64,000 nt of DNA, taken from the NCBI RefSeq assembly GCF_963853765.1, contig NC_088859.1, positions 33,542,001 to 33,606,000 of the forward strand. Reading direction: 5' to 3'. The DNA comes from Magallana gigas (Eukaryota). The translations under genes and the position numbers were made by a program. Positions 49,903-62,072 of this stretch are shown in pieces. The notes under the pieces are model-generated. The model was not told the DNA's origin, made no database searches, and saw only the letters and a list, made by a program, of their open reading frames with translations. Positions within the stretch are counted from its first letter, which is position 1, and the number at the start of each line of letters is the position of its first letter.

Positions 49903-49980
49903 ATTTACATCAATTCCAGGAATCTCCATCGGACGCAGCACGGGATAACGAATAGCCACATCCCATTGTCCTCATGAGAA
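49903..49980 (-). other. Putative 5' leader exon of the bZIP gene containing upstream ORFs
   Basis: GC-enriched block ending in a consensus donor AAT|GTAAGT (49902), with a matching acceptor at 49169. No ATG in this block is in frame with the bZIP ORF after splicing. Confidence 0.45.
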
Positions 49981-50006
49981 AAATTTGATCATCCATAAAT
50001 AGCAAT

Positions 50007-50016
50007 GGAAAGTCCC
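50007..50016 (-). promoter_or_regulatory. Canonical NF-kappaB site GGGACTTTCC upstream of the bZIP gene
   Basis: Exact 10/10 match to the classical kappaB decamer, 5 nt upstream of a TATA-like TATTTAT (50001-49995). Confidence 0.55.
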
Positions 50017-50845
50017 TTTTTATTTTTAGAACTGAAACTGTTTTTTTCTTGGTATTCTATAATACTTCCGTCGGCCAGGTTGGCAAGGTATACACAATTA
50101 AATTTTCCACTAACAACGAACTTTTCGACTTTATTTGTAGATAAAGGCATGCACTCAGTTTTCCTGTGGCGTATTGTGTACTACTTGTATATATATCGAG
50201 CCATAAATCGAGGTCATGTATATAATACTTACTTCCACAAATTACAACTGATAATTACTGCGTCTTGTATGTCTATTGATTAAACTAAAGAAATATATTC
50301 TTAATGGGTCCTACCATTTGTATAGTTGATGTAATTAAAATTATTGATTTTTGCTTAAAAAATTGCGGAGATAATGTTGTTCAGAAATGTATGCGCTCAT
50401 GTAGATATTTTTCCCGGTGATTTGGCAGAGGCAGAAGGGGGGAGGGTAATTTTGTTTGCCAGGTTGAGTCCTAGGCATACTTTTGGCAATTATACTTTGT
50501 GAATTTATAAAGTAAGTTAAAATTTTACAAAGGGGGGGGGGGGGGGTCCTATCCCTCGACATCCCTCTTGATCTGCGCATGAAATATATAATAATTATTT
50601 TTTTTTATCATACGGTTCCCCTATAAAGAATCACGAGTTTCGTCACTTTGAATTGGCATATACTGCATAAATACGAAATTCTAGTATACATGCATGCATT
50701 CATTAATAAATCCTGCTTTTTATCTGTTTACAGTATTCTATTTATATTTAAACTTTAATTTCCTATTAAAAATAATGTAAAAATTCCAAAATATATATAT
50801 TTATAACAATTTTAAAAAATACTATACAATCATTTTAACGTTGCT

Positions 50846-51991
50846 TTATTTATGTTTTCTATTATTCGATAGGAATGTTTTTGTGAAAAAAACTTCGTAA
50901 AGATTTTTCAGTAGACCTCTATCGTAAGTTATTGCTGTGCGTCTTGATTTTTCATCAGCCCTGATTTCAGTAGTTTTTCGGCTTTTTGTCCTATTATTCA
51001 GTATCACACTTTCCACAGGATTATAGTCTGTGTCCGACACACGCTTGTATCTCTCGTTCGTCGTCTGATTGGCGGAAATGAGGAACACGTGGTAGAGAGC
51101 GAAGGTTCCCACCATTGGAATGAGAAGTGCGAAGGAAACCAACATAAAAACAATTCTCGGAAACGTCATGAACAAATGCTGAAATACAAATGAAATGTAT
51201 ATGAGAGTGAAACTAGAATTTAACAATTGAATATTTCATAACTTTGGTCGTTTGAAAGTTAGGATTCGCAGAATTCTAAAATGTCTGTGTGTAAATCCGG
51301 CAAAAACTTTTAAAATTTATTTAATTTTTTATATGAACATTTACCTATTTGGTGTTGATATAACAAAATTGGAACAATCATTTCTTAAACTCCAACGCTT
51401 TTGAACAGAAATTAAGGAATTCATTCTCATAAAAAAAATATTTTTCTTTATAGATTAAAAAACTTTTTTTCGCCAAAATTATCAACCTTTGTAACCCCCC
51501 ATTCACAAAGTATTTACTGTTCCTTGTTTTTTGGTTGCCCTCGGGAACCAAGGTACGTACATCTAACATTTCCCAACTAGGAAGTCTTTCCGTTGGAAAA
51601 GGTTCAATAATTTTAGAGCTATTTAAATTTCGTTCCTAAAATACTTAGGAAGCATAATTATAATCGTCTTCTTTTTCACGCGTAATTGATTTATCCTGAT
51701 AGTTAATGCATTTCTTTATACGTTTTGGTAAAAACAAAAACCTTGGTCAGACTTCTTCATCCCCATCCCCTGCCAAAATACCACATATTTGCCATGTCAT
51801 TTTAACAGATGTGTTGTCATTGCACAGCCGAGTTGAGAGGTTTCACTTTCAGTTTCGGAATATTCGCGTGATTCAGGTTACGTGAATTACAATCAATCTA
51901 ATTCAATTTGTCTAGCGGTTTGGTATATTGATTATTCCACTGACTTATATAGAAAATAATGTATCTCTTCATGTTGGGCAACAATTTTAAA

Positions 51992-52038
<47 letters not shown>

Positions 52039-54684
52039 TTTAAACAAATTACACATTGTCTGTTGCCACATTTATAGTCAGTTTATAAAAAATTAAATGA
52101 TTAGTACAAGCTGATTGACATAGGTTCATGTACATGTATGTATGGTTTAAATACTGTACTAAACATTTATAATAATAAAAAGTTAATGTTAGAACAGGCT
52201 GGACTTTAGCCAAATAGCCCTTGTAATCGTAAGCAAAGGCAAATGTGCTTATAAGCTTATTAGGTATATTTTCGTACTTTGCAAGAATTTCCAAAAGTTT
52301 CTGTAGGCCTAGTTGAATTTTACAGTATTTCTATATTCTAAAATAATGACAAATAATAGCAGTTGATATATTTTACAACATGTTTTATGTTCATAAAATG
52401 AGTACATGTATTGGGTTTATAGCACTATACATACCGTATATTGTGACCATGGTGATTATATCTACATCTATATCAAAATAAAGGATTTCAAGCAAGGTGA
52501 AATGCACACGTACTAATGTATTATTCCCTATGTAACATAGTTCAACCGACATTAAACAGAAGAAAAATAGAGAGGAAAAACCTGGAAACAAAGGTTAAAA
52601 AATCTTGTTCATTGTAGATAATGGCCAATTGTTGTTCTTAATTTTTTCAATAGACTCCTCAAACTCCAAATTACATTTTCCCTTTACCTCCTTTTATCTT
52701 AATCTAGAGACTGTTGCAATTATGTAATGAAAACCAGTGAACTATGAGTTATAATTTCTTACAACACATCTACCACCATTTCTTAGAAATAGCTAGGGCA
52801 TCTGAAAATAAAATGAGTAGTTGACTGTGTATGGCAATACTGATAGTTTGGGGCACTTAAATACAATCCCCAGGTGACAAAGCCTTTATCACAACCCCTG
52901 ACCTGGAAGAGTGCACGACACTGTAATTCAATCCTTCTGAGATAAAAGCTTACCTGGAAAAGAACAGTCAATGTGATGCTCTGCATGGATCCGTCTGGAG
53001 CCATCACTGAGGTCTGCATCAGCTTGTAGTGCTGGGTGTACAGGTACAGGCTTCTACTGGCCATCCTCACTCCATTCACCATGATGGCGATATGTGACAG
53101 GAGGAAAAGCACAAAACTCCCGTGGTTCAACCCGCCCACATCGTTGTTGGTCCAGATACAGTGGTGGTCAAACCGGTGGACACACCTGTCACAAATACCT
53201 GACAATATGAAAATACATCATCATGACATGAAATCTATAAATAATCAATGATTTGTGATGTTATGGAATTAATTGATTTATGGAATTTGTGATTTTTTGC
53301 ATTGAAGCTGTTCAAAAATACATCTTCATAAATATTCTATTGTTAAAAAAAAGTCTTTAACATTATTTTTCTTAACTACAATTATTGTGATCTTATTCTA
53401 TATCCAAGTTTAACCATGTCCAATTTCAAAATGATAAAGTTTTTTTTTTAAAACTTGAATTGCAGTTGGGAATGCCAGAGAATCAAATAATACAAAAGCA
53501 TGTACAATGCTTTCGTTTAGGCAAGTGTCTCCCCCTGAAAGGTCCTCAGTGAGAACTTACTGCAGTGCTTAGATCTGGCCGGTTTCTCCAGGTGACACGT
53601 CACACAAGTCACCCCCGACTTAAACATCCTCCCGTCGTAAGGATACACATTCTTATATCTGTCTACTGTCTTGGCATTAATGATCCCAGGGTCCTCCATA
53701 CAACATTTATGATAAAAATAGAAGTTCAGGAAGACAAGAAATATTGGAATGACCACATGGTTTTCATCTGGTACAAAACGATACAGCATAGGAACTATGT
53801 CAAGAATGAATTCAATGTGGCCAAGCACCATCATAGTTCCAAATAGTACACGGAAGACCTGGTTCCTGCAATCAATGTTACTGATATACTTCTCTATCTG
53901 ACAAAAATTGTATTCTTGCAAAATAACACATATAATTCATAAACAACATATTAAATATACAATACATGTTACTTACTTGGGTACAATTATACTTTTCTGA
54001 CATTTAGAAGGACAGACATTTAGTCATTAGTGGCAAGCAAAATATTTACAACAGGGTTTTAAGTCCACTAAAAGTTACTGACTTTTGTGCATACTGTACA
54101 TGTGCAAGAAATTTTTTGCGATCTTCGTGAGACTTTTGTCATCGCAAATATTTTTTGCCGCAAGCCAGTCCTTGGCGTATATGATAGTAATAACAAAGAG
54201 TATGTGGATAAGGCTTGGTCACGAAAATAAGTTGCCCCAAACCAGTTTATCTCAGGTTAATCGCAAAATGAAGTCGTCGTGAATAGAAGTTGGATTACAG
54301 TTTATTTGTAGTGTACGCACAACTAAATATACATCGATCATTATTCATACCTGGAGTTTAGCAAAATATGAGCTTGTGTTAGAGAAGCTTCTATCCAATT
54401 CCATGGCACAATATGTCTCAGCAGCTGAAACACAGTTGAAACATACTGCAAGTAACTTATAGTACAAACAAAGCAGGCTTTAATACTTCAATCAATCAAT
54501 TTGTACATGTATAGCTGACTATAAACAGGATTTAAATAAAGGCAACACGGCCTACCTTCCAAGACAGTTTCCTGAGTTTTCCAATAGGGCCACGTTTTAA
54601 AAAATTACTGTCTGCAAAGAGGTACAGAAGCAAACAGATGGTGAAACCCAACACGTACAGAACAACTATGTTCAGAAAATCCAT
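50846..54684 (-). CDS. ZDHHC4: Palmitoyltransferase ZDHHC4-like, ~361 aa, 5 coding exons
   Basis: Exons 54684-54556, 54424-54351, 53865-53561, 53198-52954 and 51178-50846, all GT-AG with phases 0/2/1/0. DPG motif, [29 protein letters not shown] and NQTTNE motif. The MDFL.. hydrophobic N-terminus is typical of ZDHHC4. Confidence 0.93.
54092..54300. mobile_element. Degenerate ~210-bp MITE in ZDHHC4 intron 2
   Basis: ACTGTA...TACAGT termini; GC-richer than the flanking intron. Resembles oyster CTGTA-terminal MITEs (from memory). Confidence 0.45.
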
Positions 54685-55688
54685 GATGTAAATGTCATGC
54701 CCTGAGTAGAGTAATGCTGTTAAAAAGTCAAAATAATTTTTAATATTAGATTGCAGTGAGAAATATGTGTTGAGAATGTTCAGTGTTGACAGTCTATCAA
54801 TTCGTGGTCTTTTGCCAATCGCAACTTCTCATGCCTTTCCGGCAAGCACGGAAAAACACCTCGAATGTATTAACATCACTGGATGTTAGAATTTTATACA
54901 AAATGGAGTCGCTTCCCATTAGACTAAGTATCGACAAGACAGCATTGTGTGTCACTGCTGTGGTAATTCTTGGGGGGTGCCGGTCAATCCGTACACAAAC
55001 AAAACCGTCCCGGTCAATCCGTCCCCTATATTTTGGCTAATCCGTCCCCAAAATTTTGTTCGTTATCTGCCCCCAAGTTTGGTCAATCCGCCCCCAAGTT
55101 TGCTCAATCCGTCCCCAAGGTTTTGTTTTCATTCTCTTTTTCACATACATAATGTGTTTCTATTTCACATATTTTTGTTTCCATTTATTTTTTTCAGAAT
55201 GTACATATACATTGAATGTGTTCCATAACTTAATTAGAATAATGTGAGATTTACGTAGAACATTAGGGTTTTTTTTTAATATCAGTGTAGTGTTTTGTTT
55301 TTTACTGTCTCTGTATTCCAAATTTTGACAAAATACGAATCGTGTTTCATAATCAATGTACAGTATACCTTGAATATAGAAGAGTGTATATGTAATTAAT
55401 TTTGTTTATTTTTGAATAAAATTCTTCCAATCTTCAAGGAGACGGTGCCAAATTCATATTAATCGCTAAATACCAAGGTTGGTCATAGTTTTCACACACT
55501 AATAAAGACTGTGCAGACCGCAAGTTACGTTAATTGTCAAAACAACAGGTGGGTATATATATAATTACAAGAGACGTATGGTGTCATAAATTTGGATATG
55601 AAGATATTCACCGTATACCCGTCTAGTCAAGGTATTGCCATGATTGCAGAGACATACTAGTACATAACATACGAATGCAATAAAATTA

Positions 55689-55689
<1 letters not shown>

Positions 55690-55768
<79 letters not shown>
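55690..55768. repeat. (TA)n microsatellite inside the MULE
   Basis: ~79 nt of pure TA repeat. Confidence 0.95.
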
Positions 55769-55772
<4 letters not shown>

Positions 55773-55975
55773 TATACGTCCCTGGGTATTGTCATGTTGT
55801 AAATTTTGAATTTACTGGGTGGATGTAAATACAAAATTACCAACATGACAATAAGAGGCCCTAAGATGATGAGAATCTTATTGGTCGAAAAAGATTTAAC
55901 CAATAAAATTTTGATTTTTAATTTAAAAAGGTATATATATTGATAAATAAATTTATTTTCCACCTCATTGTCAAA

Positions 55976-57998
55976 ATGAGTTACTGTACTGTGTGCAAGA
56001 AATACGTTAAGCGTACTCAACAAGCCATTATGTGTGATGGATGTGAGAAATGGACCCATCGGAAATGCAACACTGGTAAGTCTAGTTAAAGTGTTTTAAA
56101 ATAGTTATGATATTGAAAGTCTATATAAATGTCGTTGTCTTTTAATAAAACAAAGTAAATAAAATTCAAATGTTCTTTATATTTATAAAAATGTAACAGA
56201 TAAGTGTACTTTCTAAATAATATAAATACGAAGTAATTGAAAATATTAAGAAATGCATGTATGACGATATACCCAGGAATTAATGTAAAACCGTGTTTAT
56301 AATTACTACATTTTAACATTCTGAAAACATAATATGACCTTATGCGGCATGTGTAGGCATTTCGATTGCGGACTACAAAGAAGCTGCCAGTACCAAGTCT
56401 GACATTCCTTTCCGATGTCACATGTGTACCACTAGCGACTTGACCGAAACTGACCAGGAGGCGACAAACGACAGGACAGAGACTGATCTCCAATCCGATA
56501 TTACTCCGATCGGTCAACCAGTTCTCGAAAGTACTAGGATTGGAAATCACAGCATAAGGTATTTATTATGATTAATATGGTTATAAAATACTGTATAATT
56601 ATATGATATGGGTCTAGAATGACCCCACTAATTCGCAATTTTAAAAAAATTGTTTCAGATACATTAAATTGTTAATATGTTATTTATTAGAATACATTAA
56701 TTACATAAATTACAAATGAAATTAAACATAATAATGTAAAAGGGAATAGAAAAAAATGTTAATATGTAATAATTAAGATAATTCCCTAAATTGCAGGTCT
56801 GCAGTTTCCGACAATCAGTTTGGCCAATTCAATGTTTCGATTGCCTCAACAAACGCACCGCTACCAATGAACGAGACCTTTGATCAGTTTGGCCGATTCA
56901 ATGTTTCGGTTGCCTCAACAAACGCACCGCGACCAATGAACGAGACCTTTGTCGTCGAAGCTGCAATTTCGGACACCAGTAAAACCGATGACGAATCAGA
57001 CGAAGGGTAATTTCTATTCCTATATTTATTTTTACACTTTCAATTGACTCTAAAAATGCAGTTAATTTTAACATAATTTATAATGTGTGATTATCATAAT
57101 TTCAATATACTGTAGAACCAGCGATACTGGCCCTACCCACGACCCTATCCACGATACCATCTCGTACTCTTTCAATGAAACAGCGGAATCCTTTGGACCC
57201 ATTGATCAAGTGGCCCAGAATGAAGAAGAGTAAAGCATTTAAAAACTATTCATACAGAAAAACACGTTCTATTGATTGCAAAATCCCATGGATTATTAAG
57301 ACATTTTTTTTTTAGATCAATTGCCGAAGTGGAACCGATGAAAGTGACCGTCAATCGGCCCATCACGTATCAAATAGAAGATCATGGAACGAACCAGGGA
57401 AAGCGGAAATTGTCGGACAGCAGAGGTTTCACTTACACGGTGAAAGTAAGAGATAAATATATAGTTTTCATCTGACACTAAAAAAAACCCGTTTACTTTA
57501 TACAGAAGATTAATATATGTAATATATTTTTTCAGCGTCTACGGAAAAACAACACCATCACGGATTGGTGTTGCAGTGTAAGATCAAAAGCCCATCGATA
57601 TCCAGCAACCGTTGTGCAGAACGGCGATAACTTTAGAAATGGGCCAAGTGCTCACAGCCATCAAGCAAAACCGGGAATTGGCACCGCAGTAAAGATCATG
57701 GCGGAGGTAGGAACAGTATGAATAATATGAATTAAAGTATTTATATGATTGGGCAATTAACACAAAAATGTGTAATGTCTAATATTTTTTACAGGTCAAG
57801 GCTCGCGCAAAAAATGAAGTTTTCACGTCTGCCGCCACCATTGTACAAGACGTACTGCAGGCCAGAGTCAATGAGAGTGAGCTAGACAACAGCAGACCTG
57901 ACGTGGAAAAACTCATTCGACGGGCAAACAGAGCGCGAGAAAAAATGCGACCAGAACTTCCCGTCAACCTCGCTGCTACATTGCGTTATAGGATCTAA
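55976..57998 (+). CDS. MULE-derived PHD finger + FLYWCH protein lacking the DDE domain, ~376 aa, 7 exons
   Basis: Exons 55976-56075, 56357-56558, 56797-57006, 57116-57229, 57316-57445, 57536-57706 and 57795-57998. All six introns are GT-AG and phase-compatible, with no stops. PHD: CTVC...CDGCEKWTHRKC...CHMC. FLYWCH: GKRKLSDSRGFTYT...WCCSVRSK...HSH. Ends RANRAREKMRPELPVNL, then stops. Confidence 0.75.
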
Positions 57999-59083
57999 AA
58001 TCTCTCAGAATGACAGTTCACTGGTTGGGTTTGTATATGTGGAATTTATTGTGAGCATTGTAAAGCTTTTAATTATTCTCAGTTCTGTATTGATTAATCA
58101 TGTGTTCTTTTTCAGATTTTTTTTTTAATTTCACGTTCAACTTGTTAAATATAGAAATAATTTATTTTGATAGTTTTGGAATAGAATTTCTTATATACTT
58201 GAGATGAAAATTTCAGAAGCATTTTTATTCCCTTTTTTCTGATAAGAATATGTTTTTTAGCTTTTTGGGTTTAATAATTTATTTTGTTCCAATGAAATTT
58301 AACTTTTACTTTTGGGTTTAAATTTTTATTTTTTACATTCAAAATTATGGCTCTTAAAGAGGAGGCCTCCACGTGGCAAGAGCTGGGCAACGGTATCAAC
58401 ATTCGTTCTCTCTGGGTAGAAATGAGTAATAATTAACATGATACCGGCAGACATCCTCATCATTAATATAGCCATTTAAATATGAATCCATTTAAATAAA
58501 AGCAAACTAAAAAAAAAAAAAAAATTAACCCACTAATGAATCTACCAGGAGACGGATTGACCAAAGCATGGGGACGGATCGACCAAAATAATATGTTAAT
58601 TAACATTCTACCAGGGGACGGTTTGACTAAAGTTGGGGATGGTTTAACCAAAACTAAGGGACGGATTAACATTGCCTACATAATTATACGATGGGACGGT
58701 TTGACCAAAATATAGGGGACAGATTGACCGGGACGGTTTTGTTTCGGTACGGATTGACTGGATTTCATTTTTGGGGTATATCATTGACTTTGATGAAGTC
58801 TAGTTCACATCTCAACAGATCGTAAAATGTATTGTATCTATTTCAAATTTTATAAAAAGGGTGGTTGTCATGGACGCCTAGGTGATACATTCGAGGTGTT
58901 TCTCCGAGCTTGCAGGAAAAGTCTGAGAAGTTGAGATGGGGTCTATTGCCATTGTCATGATGACAGATTAAAAGTAATTGTTTTTAAACTTTAGACAACT
59001 CTGAAAAATGCACACATTTAGTTTTGGTTTGGTAATGTGTCTACTGGGTATATGCATTCATGTAGCAATGGGGGTGGGGCTGG

Positions 59084-61060
59084 GAATGCTGGTCAACTCG
59101 GCACCAGGTAAACCCGGCACTTGGTGAATTTGGCACCGAGACTAGTGAATCCGGCATCTGGTAAACTCAGCATCTAATATATTTGGCACCTGGTGAATTT
59201 GGCATCTAGTTAACTCAGCACTTGTACATCATTCATTTATCTCTTTGTTTTTAGACAGGCATTTTTGAAAAATTTAAAATTATTAATTACATGTATTTTT
59301 ACATAATGTATGATTTATACTGTTATCATGGAACTGTCTGTTTGTTCTTTTTAATCTACCCATAGAACAACAGTTTGGTTTGTTTGATAAAGTAGTAGTA
59401 CCGGTTTTGCTCTATGCTTGTGAAATCTGGGGTTACGAGAATATAGATATTATTGAAAAAATCCATTTGAAATTTTTAAAATATATTCTATGTATGAAAA
59501 GTATCGTATATGGTCTATGGTGAATCAGGTCGTTATCCTTTATACATAACTGTATATTCTCGAATGATTTCTTATTGGACAAAAATGATCCAAGGTCAAG
59601 ACAATAAGATTGTGTTTACTGTTTACAAATATTTAGCAAACCAATATATGTATAATCATGACTGTGTAAATCCATGGACTGATTTTATACGACATATTTT
59701 AGACTCATGTGGGTTCTCTAATATCTGGACAGAACAATGTACTGCAATAGTTAATGATAAGTGGATTTCTGCCGCCATCAAACAAAGATTGCAGGACCAG
59801 TTCATTCAGAAATGGGCAAAAGATATAGATAATTCATCTAAAGGTCAAATATATAAAATTTATAAACAAAAGTTTGGTTTTGAAAAATACTTAGGCATTC
59901 TTACTAAAAAATTTTGGAAACCACTTATTAAATTCAGAACAGCAAATCACCATTTACCGATTGAAACCGGTAGATGGTATGGAATTCCTGTAAATGACAG
60001 AAGCTGCACACTCTGTAATAGTGGTAAATTAGCGGATGAATACCATTTTATTCTTGAATGTAAATTTTTCTTAACTTTACGTAAGCAATTTCTATGTACC
60101 AAGTATTTTCAAAAACCAAGTACATTAAAAATTTAGGGAACTGCTGATGACAACGAACATCAAAACATTGAAAAAATTAAGCTCTTTTATATTGAATATC
60201 CAAGAGCAATTCTGCTGTCCAGCCTAAACTATATTATCATTTATTATTATTATTACTCTCCGCGTATTGAACACCAATGGAACATTGTATTAAATTTTTA
60301 TATGATGATCTTTTTTTTTTTTCTACCACTTTTTGTATTATTACTATTTTTTTTTCTCTTACTTACTTATGCTTACTAACACATGTAATACTATGTTGTA
60401 TTATAATTTATATATAATTTATTAGACCCTTGACATCACAATTTAATGTAAATATGTTATTGTACCTCATGTACCATTGTATGATAATGGTTTGAGAGAA
60501 TAAATTGAATTGAATTGAAGAAATTTGAGTTTTACAAAGTAACTTACTACTAACAACCACATTTATTTACAGATGCAAAGTAATTCATTAGCAACTGGTT
60601 TAACTGTTGTCCATTGTCCTTAATTAAGGTACACACTGAATAACACATGATTAAGTACATTTGATGTTAAGTATTATAACCAGTAATTATTAAAATGCTT
60701 ATTATAAATACAGTGCGTATGATATAAGGAATAAATTAATTTGTTTGAAATATATACCTTATTACTTTCTTAATTTTATTGTTGATTATGATATTAAACA
60801 TAAATCCTATTTGTAATTAGTATAGTTGTTTTCAACTGTTTTTATTCAGGTATAGTGATTTTTCATCAGTTATAAGCACATATAATGATTTTGTGTTCTT
60901 TCTATATTTTACCATCTTTAATAGTTGTGATAAAAAATAACAAGGTGCCGAATTCACCATATTCATAATGCCAAATTCACCAGATGCCGAATTCACTAGG
61001 TGCTGAGTTCACTATTTATGCAGATGCCAAATTCACCAGATGCCGAGTTGATTTGTTACC
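59084..61060. mobile_element. Non-autonomous TIR element with ~16-17-bp subterminal repeats (GGTGAATTyGGCAyCT), MULE-like
   Basis: Repeat arrays at 59090-59225 and 60945-61050 in inverted orientation. Approximate 8-9-bp TSD TGGGGCTGG / TGGGCTGG. Confidence 0.68.
59345..60519 (+). mobile_element. 5'-truncated LINE (CR1/L2-group-like) 3' fragment
   Basis: LFDKVVVPVLLYACEIWG, frameshift, then VYGESGRYPL...HHLPIETGRW...RSCTLCN...DEYHFILEC (post-RT C-terminal domain). AATAAA plus (TTGAA)3 tail at 60499-60519. Confidence 0.85.
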
Positions 61061-61200
61061 TGGGCTGGTTCTGCAGCCCTCAACTTTTTTTGGAAACATA
61101 CAATTTTCTTAAATTAACAAAACAATTTTGAATGAGAATGAGCTGCCCCCCCCCATTACACATACTTAATGTCATTTTTGGAACAGTGCCTACAATTAAA

Positions 61201-62072
61201 CAGGGTTCGACACTAACCTTAGTCCGTTAGTCACAGACCAATAAATTTCAAGTCGGACTAATAAAATTTATGCCTAATCAGTCCGCCCGGACTAATAAAA
61301 ATATCGGCTAAACAGCTTGAAATTTGTATTACGATCGACGATGTCATTTTGAAGACACTTTCTTGGGAAACAACCCCGAATGTATTTTTAGCTATTGCAG
61401 CATGGCGGTAATCGAGTAATTCTTATTCATTTGAACGCTTTCTTATATATTACTTATTTATTATAGTGAAGTAAAATGTCTCCGTGATCATGAGGTAGTT
61501 TGACAGTTGTGCAGAACATGGAGAAACACAAAAAAGTTATCTGATTTTTTCTCTGCGGATACAGAGACTGCGAAAAGGCGAAAGCTAGACACAATGACAT
61601 CTAACAGCTTTGAGAAAAAGGAGTGCGACTGTGAGTGCGAACAAACTCGCTGATCTCGTGAAAACTTGAAACGTGGACGAAAAATCATGAGTGGTTATTT
61701 TTTGAAAAAAAGTTCTGGACTAATGTTTTGTACAATTTGTAAAGAATATGCAAAAGGATTTGTAGAGAAAGCATGTTCTTTTGTCGCTGGATGTGCTAAT
61801 CTGAGGATAGAAACAATTAAATATCATGAAGAAAAATCATTGTTTCATAAAATGAATCATAGCTATTCTGTTTAATAAATATTGAGCCTCATATATTGAT
61901 TTCATAAATATAAGACTAGGTCATATTGTATTCATATATGTGGAAATGATTTATTTTAAAATTGCATATTTATTTCTTTGGACAGACTAATAAACTTGCC
62001 TGCGGACTAGTAAAAATAATCATGCACTAGTCCGGCCAGACCAATGCTTTAAAAAGTTAGTGTCGAACCCTG
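61201..62072 (+). mobile_element. Internally deleted hAT element with a TTF-type zinc-finger remnant, 872 bp
   Basis: TIR CAGGGTTCGACACTAAC, subterminal GGACTAATAAA repeats, ATTAAA on both flanks. Frameshifted WTKNHEWLF/GLMFCTICKEYA...SFVAGCANLRIETIKYHE resembles ZnF_TTF of ZNF862-type hAT transposases. Confidence 0.82.

Larger units (their letters stand above)
54975..58766 (+). mobile_element. Internally deleted Mutator-like (MULE) DNA transposon, 3792 bp
   Basis: TIRs (GTCAATCCGTAC..AAACAAAACCGTCCCGGTCAATC.GTCCCCTATATTTTGG) with subterminal AATCCGTCCCC repeats. 9-bp TSD ATTCTTGGG (54966-74) / ATTTTTGGG (58767-75). Encodes the PHD+FLYWCH N-terminus of a MULE transposase. Confidence 0.88.
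54815..58939. mobile_element. Small (~320 bp when empty) inverted-repeat element split by the MULE insertion
   Basis: Arms 54815-54870 and 58885-58939 are reverse complements (CAACTTCTCA..TTTCC.GCAAGC.CGGA.AAACACCTCGAATGTAT) and lie outside the MULE target duplication. Confidence 0.6.

Noticed and set aside
49910-49966. Myristoylated MGCGYS... N-terminus extended by Sec/TGA readthrough into the bZIP
   Set aside because: Even with readthrough the exon ends in phase 1, which does not join the bZIP frame, and no SECIS was identified.
56086-56550. 154-aa minus-strand ORF inside the MULE
   Set aside because: Antisense to exon 2 and intron of the PHD gene; AT-rich with no motif.
54982-61055. Repeat-spacer-like arrays resembling CRISPR (55000-55120, 58545-58740, 59090-59225, 60945-61050)
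   Set aside because: They are inverted pairs at transposon ends (subterminal repeats) in eukaryotic DNA, with no constant-length unique spacers and no cas genes.
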